Of a stretch of 17,564 nucleotides of DNA, positions 8,483 to 15,859 are shown in pieces; the first letter of the stretch is position 1, and each line of letters opens with the position of its first letter. The translations under genes were made by a program, and so were the position numbers. A model generated the notes under the pieces. That model was not told the DNA's origin. It did not search any database and saw only the letters and a program-made list of their open reading frames with translations. The DNA comes from an uncultured archaeon (GTDB lineage: Archaea; Asgardarchaeota; Lokiarchaeia; Sigyniarchaeales; SOKP01), in NCBI GenBank assembly GCA_964583985.1, contig CAZOYD010000067.1, forward strand, positions 1-17,564, given 5' to 3'.

Positions 8483-8782
8483 TTAAGTATTAGTAATTTT
8501 TGGATCATAATTATTCTTCACGCTAATAAGGGTAGTGGTAACGTCTAACCATTTTTGGAGGTCCTTATCTGTTCTGCAATAAGTTATAATTTTCTCTAAA
8601 TCATTCAATTTACTAAAAACGCATTCAAGCAAGAGATCCCAGCCACCATATGTTGGAGTTGAATATGTTATCCTCCATTCTTCACTTGATTCATTCTTAT
8701 TGAATTCTTTGAGTTTACGAATTATATCCCATTGAGTTCCTATGATTTTTAGCCTAATAAGGATATATCCACGGTAATAAAT
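8483..8782 (-). CDS. Stand-alone Lrp/AsnC ligand-binding (RAM) domain protein, 99 aa, probable ATT start; absent from the ORF track
   Basis: Manual translation: (M)YYRGYILIRLKIIGTQWDIIRKLKEFNKNESSEEWRITYSTPTYGGWDLLLECVFSKLNDLEKIITYCRTDKDLQKWLDVTTTLISVKNNYDPKITNT*. The GYILI, YGGWDLL, DLEKII and TTTLI segments match the RAM-domain pattern. The ORF fills an otherwise empty 300-bp gap. Confidence 0.8.
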   Translation of the reverse strand: MYYRGYILIRLKIIGTQWDIIRKLKEFNKNESSEEWRITYSTPTYGGWDLLLECVFSKLNDLEKIITYCRTDKDLQKWLDVTTTLISVKNNYDPKITNT

Positions 8783-8942
8783 TCTTTTAACACCGAATTA
8801 TAATCTGTTTTTTCTACATTTACTATAGATAGTTAATACTTTTTTAATAAGAAGTTTGATGTTAGACTGACAATAATTTTTAGTTATCCTTGATAGTTAT
8901 TGCCTTCGATAGTTTTTTAAACAAAAATAGTCTAAATACTAT

Positions 8943-9545
8943 TTGAATCTAAAAGAACATAAACGATTTGAGATGGAAAAATCACTATTAAAAGAAATTT
9001 GGAGGAACGAGCTTGCTCAATGGAACAAAGATGGCTGGAAAAGCGATCTTAACGTGGGTTTAAGCTCTATACTAATATTTTTATTTCCTGGTCTTTTTTA
9101 TTTTTTTAACGAATCTTTAATGCGTGAAGGTGGTCCATTTGTGGCTATTGTGGTACTTCTCGGTGCGTGCATTATGGGTGTACTCACGTTCTTATCTGTG
9201 CTTAGATATTTTTTAAGCTATATTATCATTTACGAGAATGGTATATTGCTTCGTAAGCCAATGATTTTATTCTTGCTGAGATCCAGATTTATCCCCTTTG
9301 AAGATATTGCCGATATTGATTACATAAAAATGAAAGAAGATTATCATCGTTTACGATCATCTTGGGTTCTTTTTTATTCTTCTAAAGAACCTAGAAGGAG
9401 GAAGACTATTCAACTTCGGATTTTTTTTAGAGATAGGAAACCTTATGTTATAAATTCTCGATGGGTCTCTAATTATAGAAGCTGCATAAATATCGTTTTA
9501 AACTACAAAAATCTTTCTGTTTCAAGACAGGAAATTTACACGTAA
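8943..9545 (+). CDS. Hypothetical membrane protein (two predicted TM helices followed by a basic, possibly PH-like domain)
   Basis: Two hydrophobic segments (VGLSSILIFLFPGLFYFF; FVAIVVLLGACIMGVLTFLSVL) are followed by IIIYENGILLR...RFIPFEDIADIDY, reminiscent of bacterial-type PH domains. The start could be TTG 8943 or ATG 8973. Confidence 0.7.
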   Translation: MNLKEHKRFEMEKSLLKEIWRNELAQWNKDGWKSDLNVGLSSILIFLFPGLFYFFNESLMREGGPFVAIVVLLGACIMGVLTFLSVLRYFLSYIIIYENGILLRKPMILFLLRSRFIPFEDIADIDYIKMKEDYHRLRSSWVLFYSSKEPRRRKTIQLRIFFRDRKPYVINSRWVSNYRSCINIVLNYKNLSVSRQEIYT

Positions 9546-9625
9546 ATCATTATATAACGAATAAGTGATTATAAAATTACTTTTTATTATTAAAAGAAAA
9601 ACTCAAATAACCAAGATATGTAAGA

Positions 9626-12600
9626 TCACCAGTATAATTCTTTTAACGATATATAATACTCATTCAATGATTTAATAGGAAACTTTTTTTCTCGAGTAGT
9701 TTCAATCGCCTTAAATAGAGCTTTGGCAAGTTCTAATGTCGTGACAACAGGTACGTTGAAATCTACTGCCATCCTCCTTATCTTATATTCGTCCTCCATT
9801 ATTTGTTGAAATTTTTTCTCATTTGTAGCGGGGACTGGGATGTTAATTACCATGTCAATGTGGCCTTCTTGTAAGCACTGCATGATATTAGGTTCCATTC
9901 CATATTCGTGTACCTTATATAATTTCACGGCATCAATTCCAAGAGTTTTTAAAGCTAAGGCAGTATCTTCAGTAGCAAATATTGTATATCCTAGAGCTTT
10001 CACCTTTTTGGCTAAAGGAATTACTTTTTTCTTCAATTCTTCACCACCTACTGAGATAAGAATGTTACCACCATCAAAAGGAATATTTTGTTCGGTAGAT
10101 TCTATAGCTTTTATCAAAGCTTCAGGAAAATCTTCTCCTAAAGCAGCACATTCACCTGTACTACTCATTTCTACTGAGAGTATCGGGTCTGCTTTTTCTA
10201 ACCGCATAAATGAAAACATCGGTGCTTTAACAGCTACATAATTTCCATAGGGTGCGTTTAAAATTCTTTGAGGAATATTTTTTCCCATAAATACTTCTGC
10301 AGCAAGTCGCATTAGATTTATCCCTCGGGTCTTTGATACATAAGGCATGCTTCTGCTAGACCTTAAATTGCATTCAATTACGGAAACTTCATCATCTTTT
10401 ACTAAATATTGAACATTGAATGGTCCATGAATTTTAAGAGCAATTGCAATTTCTCTTGTGTATTTTTCTATGACTTTTATCGTATTATCTGAAATGGTAT
10501 AATAACCAATTGACATTGTTGCATCTCCAGAATGAACTCCAGCATTCTCTATGTGTTCTACAATTGCTCCAATCAATACATTTTCACCATCACATACCCC
10601 ATCACATTCAACCTCACGGGCATCAGTAAAGAATTTAGTAATTACAACAGGGTAATCTTTTGAAACTGCAGCTGCTAAATCTAATGTATCTTGGAGTGTT
10701 TTTTCATCATAAGAAACACGCATCGCAGCTCCACTCAAAACGTAAGAGGGTCTCACAAGTACTGGGTAACCGACATCTTGGGCAAATATTAAAGCCTCTT
10801 CAGGAGTGGTAAGCATTTTCCATTGGGGTTGTTGTATCTCCAACTGATCCAACATATTACTAAATTTGGCGCGATCTTCTGCCATGTCTATTCGCGTGCC
10901 ATGAGTTCCTAAAATATTGATTCCCGTTTTACGAAAAACTTCTGAATATTTTGAAAATTTATTCGCAAGGTTATTAGCAATTTGACCTCCTACAGAAACT
11001 ACTATTCCATCAGCTTGTTCTAATTCACAAATATCAAGTACTCTTTCTCCTGATAATTCTTCGAAGTATAGTTTATCGCTTATATCATAATCTGTCGATA
11101 CTGTTTCTGGATTGTAATTAATCATTATCGCTTGATCTACTCCTAATTTTTTCAGCCCTAACAAGCAATTCACAGAACCCCAATCAAATTCTACAGAAGC
11201 TCCAATTCGATAAGTTCCTGAGCCTAACACAATAATTTTTCTTAGATTCTTCCTATTTTCTGATTTGTAATCAATATCATGCTCACATGCACTATAAGTT
11301 AGATATAAATAATTCGTAATAGCAGGCCACTCAGCAGCTAAGGTATCTATTCTTTTTGTATAAGGTATGATCCCTAAGTTTTTTCTCATTTGACGTATAA
11401 AAATCGTATCGACACCCATAATTTCAGCTATTTGACTATCTGAAAAACCAAATCTTTTTGCTCTCTTTAGCCAATATTTTTTCTCTTTGTCATCTGATTC
11501 TAGCAATTCAATATCTTGAATTTGTCTTTCTAAGTCTATGATATTTTTTATTTTATATAGGAACCATTTATCTACTCTTGATAAACGATATATCTCATCA
11601 ATTGAGATACCTCTTTTTAATGCTTCCACTATTCGAAAAATTCTTTGATCTGTTGGATTATGCAGAGCATACTTTAATTCATTAATATCCGTGATTGGAC
11701 CTAACTTATTAACAACTAATCCTTTCATTCCAATGTCCAGCATCCTTATAGCCTTCTGAAGAACTTCTTCAAATGTCCTTCCAATGGCCATAACCTCTCC
11801 GATACTTTTCATAGATGAGGTTATTCTTCTGTCAACTTTATCAAATTTTGCAAGATCCCAACGAGGAATTTTGAGAACTAAATAATCCAAAGCGGGTTCA
11901 AAGCATGCCGTTGTTATCCCCGTGATTTTATTTTTTAATTCTGGAAGGGAATATCCAATTGCTAATTTTGCTGCTATATAAGCAAGTGGATATCCAGTCG
12001 CTTTTGACGCAAGAGCAGAGGATCTTGAAAGCCGAGCATTCACTTCAATTACTCTGAATTCTTTTGAATAAGGATGTAATGCATATTGGATATTACATTC
12101 ACCGATGATTCCAAGGCCTCTTATAATACGAATGGAAGCGGATCGTAGCATGTGATATTCTTCATTAGTGAGCGTTTGAGACGGTGCAACTACAATACTC
12201 TCTCCAGTATGGACGCCAACTGGATCAAAATTTTCCATATTACAATTTATGAAGCAATTATCGACAGAATCTCTTACAACTTCATATTCGATTTCTTTCC
12301 ATCCATACACAGATTCTTCAATTAAGATTTGATGAATTCTTGATTGAGCAAGTCCTTTTTTTGCCATTCGCTCAAAATCTTCAATATTATCTATAATTCC
12401 AGAACCTCTACCTCCTAGAGTATAGGCTACTCGAAGCATTAAAGGAAAGCCGAAATTTTCAGCTACCATTAGTGCCTTTTTATATGAAGTTACCGCTTGG
12501 CTACGACACACTTTAGCATTTGCTTTATTCATGGCCTTGACAAACAAATCTCGATCTTCTGTGAGCTCTATTGCTTCAATGGGGGTACCAAGAACCCTTA

Positions 12601-12937
12601 TTTTATATTTTTCTAAAATTGCAAGTTCTTTTAATTCTACTCCAACATTTAATGCAGTCTGACCTCCGAATGCCAGTAAAATACCATCTGGTTTTTCTTT
12701 TTTTATAACTTCCTCAACATATTTTACATTTATCGGTAATAAATAAACTTCATCTGATAATTCAGGATCAGTTTGAATTGTTGCTATGTTTGGATTGATT
12801 AAAATCGTTTGTATGCCCTCTTCTTTTAATGCTTTCAAAACTTGACTTCCAGAATAATCAAATTCTCCCGCTTGTCCAATCCGTATTCCCCCTGAACCTA
12901 ATACGAGTGCTTTTTTAATAGTTGTATCTAAAGGCAT
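9626..12937 (-). CDS. carB: Carbamoyl-phosphate synthase large subunit
   Basis: IGQAGEFDYSGSQ, WKEIEYEVVRD, IEVNARLSRSSALASKATGYPLA, NYNPETVSTDYD, RPSYVLSG and HIENAGVHSGDA. It has two ATP-grasp halves plus a C-terminal MGS-like domain (1103 aa). Confidence 0.98.
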   Translation of the reverse strand: MPLDTTIKKALVLGSGGIRIGQAGEFDYSGSQVLKALKEEGIQTILINPNIATIQTDPELSDEVYLLPINVKYVEEVIKKEKPDGILLAFGGQTALNVGVELKELAILEKYKIRVLGTPIEAIELTEDRDLFVKAMNKANAKVCRSQAVTSYKKALMVAENFGFPLMLRVAYTLGGRGSGIIDNIEDFERMAKKGLAQSRIHQILIEESVYGWKEIEYEVVRDSVDNCFINCNMENFDPVGVHTGESIVVAPSQTLTNEEYHMLRSASIRIIRGLGIIGECNIQYALHPYSKEFRVIEVNARLSRSSALASKATGYPLAYIAAKLAIGYSLPELKNKITGITTACFEPALDYLVLKIPRWDLAKFDKVDRRITSSMKSIGEVMAIGRTFEEVLQKAIRMLDIGMKGLVVNKLGPITDINELKYALHNPTDQRIFRIVEALKRGISIDEIYRLSRVDKWFLYKIKNIIDLERQIQDIELLESDDKEKKYWLKRAKRFGFSDSQIAEIMGVDTIFIRQMRKNLGIIPYTKRIDTLAAEWPAITNYLYLTYSACEHDIDYKSENRKNLRKIIVLGSGTYRIGASVEFDWGSVNCLLGLKKLGVDQAIMINYNPETVSTDYDISDKLYFEELSGERVLDICELEQADGIVVSVGGQIANNLANKFSKYSEVFRKTGINILGTHGTRIDMAEDRAKFSNMLDQLEIQQPQWKMLTTPEEALIFAQDVGYPVLVRPSYVLSGAAMRVSYDEKTLQDTLDLAAAVSKDYPVVITKFFTDAREVECDGVCDGENVLIGAIVEHIENAGVHSGDATMSIGYYTISDNTIKVIEKYTREIAIALKIHGPFNVQYLVKDDEVSVIECNLRSSRSMPYVSKTRGINLMRLAAEVFMGKNIPQRILNAPYGNYVAVKAPMFSFMRLEKADPILSVEMSSTGECAALGEDFPEALIKAIESTEQNIPFDGGNILISVGGEELKKKVIPLAKKVKALGYTIFATEDTALALKTLGIDAVKLYKVHEYGMEPNIMQCLQEGHIDMVINIPVPATNEKKFQQIMEDEYKIRRMAVDFNVPVVTTLELAKALFKAIETTREKKFPIKSLNEYYISLKELYW

Positions 12938-12940
12938 ATT

Positions 12941-14074
12941 TTACAGACTCATCATTTCAATAAATTTATCAAATAAATAAAGAGAATCAAGTGGACCGGG
13001 TGATGCTTCAGGATGGAATTGTACTGCAATAATTTGTTTCTGATTATGCATTAAACCTTCATTTGAATTATCATCTAAATTTTTTAAAAATTCTTTAAAA
13101 CCACCTTGTTCGAAATCTTTAACGCAAAAGCCGTGGTTTTGAGATGTTATAAAACATCTTTGAGTATATGGGTTTATAACCGTTTTATTTCCGCCTCGAT
13201 GACCATATTTTAATTTATATGAAGACCCACCTGCAGCTAAACCGATAATTTGATTTCCTAAACAAATTCCCATTGTCGGTATGTTGTTTTTTATCAAGTT
13301 ACGAGCAACTTCTATGGCGCTTAAATATATTGCCGGGTCTCCAGGACCATTAGATATGAAGACTCCATTAGGGTTTAATGATATGATTTGTTCATAAGTA
13401 TAATCATGAGGAATGACAATTACTTCGATATCTCGACTTATAAAATTTCTCAATATGTTCAATTTCACGCCCATATCTAATACGACAACTCTACCCTTTA
13501 TATGAACGGGTTTATAATGAATGATTTCCTTCGTTGAAACTTCAGTGGATAAATTCCTTAAGTTTGGATCTTTTACCAGTTTTACTTCTTCTCGTAATTC
13601 TTCAATGTTAGGGGTTTCACCAGGATGCAAAACCGCAAGTAGTCCTAATTTTACTCCTTCCTCTCTTAGAATTTTAGTTATAGCACGAGTATCGATCCAT
13701 TCTATTCCGGGGATATCTTCTTCTAAAAGAAATTCATTTAGTGTTTTTACACTCTCATAATGACTTGGATTCTTGCAACATTCATTAACAACAAATCCAC
13801 TCACTTTTATTGAATCGGATTCAAAATACTTGAGAATGCCCGATTTATCTTTTTCCCAAGCAGGGACTCCATAATTTCCTACTAATGGGTGTGTCATGAC
13901 GACTATTTGACCGTTGTAGGAAGGATCAGTCAAAGTCTCATTGTAACCAGCACCAGTAATTGTTGTAAATACAATTTCTCCATGTACTTTTTTCGTAGCT
14001 CCAAATCCGATCCCTTCAAAATAGCGACCATCACTAAACATCAAAATGGCGGGTCTTTCTTTCTTGTATAACAT
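12941..14074 (-). CDS. carA: Carbamoyl-phosphate synthase small (glutaminase) subunit
   Basis: LTDPSY, PLVGNYGVP, GIEWIDTRAITK, SNGPGDP, catalytic Cys in GICLG, TSQNHGF and His-Glu in QFHPE. Confidence 0.98.
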   Translation of the reverse strand: MLYKKERPAILMFSDGRYFEGIGFGATKKVHGEIVFTTITGAGYNETLTDPSYNGQIVVMTHPLVGNYGVPAWEKDKSGILKYFESDSIKVSGFVVNECCKNPSHYESVKTLNEFLLEEDIPGIEWIDTRAITKILREEGVKLGLLAVLHPGETPNIEELREEVKLVKDPNLRNLSTEVSTKEIIHYKPVHIKGRVVVLDMGVKLNILRNFISRDIEVIVIPHDYTYEQIISLNPNGVFISNGPGDPAIYLSAIEVARNLIKNNIPTMGICLGNQIIGLAAGGSSYKLKYGHRGGNKTVINPYTQRCFITSQNHGFCVKDFEQGGFKEFLKNLDDNSNEGLMHNQKQIIAVQFHPEASPGPLDSLYLFDKFIEMMSL

Positions 14075-14262
14075 CGACGAAAATGTAATTTCTATTAAAT
14101 GCTCTTATCATAGTGATAACAAAATCCAATTTTTAAGCTTATTTATTAACTCCAGAATTATCAAACTAACAAAATTTTTATAATTAAAAGAAAAAATAAA
14201 AAAGAGAGTATTATGAAAATAAGACATTAAAAATATTAAGATAATAGTAATAAAAAGTAAGT

Positions 14263-15297
14263 ATGAGTATAGTATTCTATGGGGCAGGAGCTATTGGATC
14301 TACCTTAGCAGGTTGGTTGAGTGATCATTATGAACTTGTTTATTTGTTCGCTAGAGGAAAGAATGCTAATGCAATAAAATCAAGGGATTTAATTCTGTAT
14401 GAAATGGATAGGGAAAACTCTAGAAATATTCCGATTAAAGTTATAACAGATTTAAATGAAATTAAACCACCAAAATTTATTGTAATAATCGTTAAAAATT
14501 ATGACCTTGAAGAAGTTGCTGAAGATATACATAAAAAATTGGGTGATGAGCCTATTGTTATTGGTCTGGAAAATGGTGTTGAAAACCAAAAAATATTACC
14601 GAAATATTTCTCAAAGGTTGTTTATGGTGTTATTATGTGTTCAGCTTGGTATGATGAGCCAGGGATTTTTGGAAATCGTGGAAAGGGAGAAATCATATTG
14701 GGAACACCTACCAATGAAAGGCAGGAGTTAATAAATTTAGTCAGGGATCTCTTTATTTTAGGCTTTCCTACAAAGATTTCTAAGCGATTTAATGATGCTG
14801 TTCATTCTAAGTTAATTTTAAACAATGCAAACTCAATTTTTACATTGATTGACAATACTAATTTAACCGATGAGAAGAAATATAAGATTGTGAAATTATT
14901 TGTCTACGATTTTTTGGAAGGAATTGAAGTTCTAAAAAAAGCTGGATATAAAGAGCATAAATTAAAAGGCTTTCCCTCTTGGAAATTAATTAAATTAGCT
15001 AAAAAAATAGGAAAGGGATTGATACTTCGGGCTTTTAGTGATAGCATAAAATACGCTTGGCTCAATAGCATGGCACAGGATATGGTAATTCATAAGAGAG
15101 GAAAATCAGAAATAGAGTCATTAAACGGTTATTTCATAGAATTAGCTGAAAAGAACGGTGTTGATGTTCCAATTAACAGGACAATTTATAATCTGTGCAA
15201 GGAAGAATTCGCAAAAGTACCATTCAAAGCATTAGATATTGACATCATTTTAAATAGAATTAATGAAAACTTAGATGAAAAAATTAATTTCTTATGA
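14263..15297 (+). CDS. panE: 2-dehydropantoate 2-reductase (ketopantoate reductase PanE/ApbA family)
   Basis: Rossmann motif YGAGAIGS, then VKNYD, LENGV, catalytic Lys in KLILNN, SMAQD and catalytic Glu in SEIESLNG. The family is clear but the substrate is not proven. Confidence 0.85.
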   Translation: MSIVFYGAGAIGSTLAGWLSDHYELVYLFARGKNANAIKSRDLILYEMDRENSRNIPIKVITDLNEIKPPKFIVIIVKNYDLEEVAEDIHKKLGDEPIVIGLENGVENQKILPKYFSKVVYGVIMCSAWYDEPGIFGNRGKGEIILGTPTNERQELINLVRDLFILGFPTKISKRFNDAVHSKLILNNANSIFTLIDNTNLTDEKKYKIVKLFVYDFLEGIEVLKKAGYKEHKLKGFPSWKLIKLAKKIGKGLILRAFSDSIKYAWLNSMAQDMVIHKRGKSEIESLNGYFIELAEKNGVDVPINRTIYNLCKEEFAKVPFKALDIDIILNRINENLDEKINFL

Positions 15298-15302
15298 TTT
15301 TA

Positions 15303-15857
15303 TTAGTCTTTAGGCTTAAAAATTATTGCTGGTTTTGTTCTCTCTGAATATATGAAGTTATTTGCTTTTTGGATATTACCATATTTCTCTCTTAAATGCG
15401 AAAGGCTTCCTGCATCTAATGCATGGGATCGACAGGCTTCTATGCAAACCGGTAATTTCTGTTCTGAAAATCTGTCCAAACAATAATTACATTTGGCCAT
15501 TTTTGAACCTTTAACCGGACCAAATTGAGGAGCATCATAAGGACATGCTTTTAAGCATTTTGAATCACATTCTATATTGCCCAAACATTTCTCACTATCC
15601 ACAATTACAATACCATCTTCTATTCGTTTAGATATTGCTCCTACAGGACATACCGGAATACAAACTGGATCTTCACATTGAAAGCATGGATTTATGAGAT
15701 AACTAACAAATACATTTGGAAACCTTCCTGATTCATTATATTTAATTCGCATCCATCGTTCAGGACCCGCGGGAATGTCATGCCAATCTTTACAAGCAAC
15801 TGCACAAGCAGAACATCCTATACATCGTGTTTGGTCGAAATAAAATCCAACTTGCAC
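15303..15857 (-). CDS. dmsB: DmsB-like four-cluster Fe-S electron-transfer subunit
   Basis: GFYFDQTRCIGCSACAVACK, CFQCEDPVCIPVCP, CLGNIECDSKCLKACPYDAPQF and KCNYC...PVCIEAC give 16 Cys in four groups. The GTG start lies 2 nt after the dmsA-like stop, with GGAGG upstream. Confidence 0.88.
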   Translation of the reverse strand: MQVGFYFDQTRCIGCSACAVACKDWHDIPAGPERWMRIKYNESGRFPNVFVSYLINPCFQCEDPVCIPVCPVGAISKRIEDGIVIVDSEKCLGNIECDSKCLKACPYDAPQFGPVKGSKMAKCNYCLDRFSEQKLPVCIEACRSHALDAGSLSHLREKYGNIQKANNFIYSERTKPAIIFKPKD

Positions 15858-15859
15858 TT

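Noticed and set aside
9546-9628. TGA stops (carB, pstC-pstA, panE) as selenocysteine codons with a 3' SECIS
   Set aside because: The TGAs fall at the expected C-termini, not at Cys-equivalent positions. I see no convincing SECIS-like hairpin, only AT-rich terminator-like tracts.
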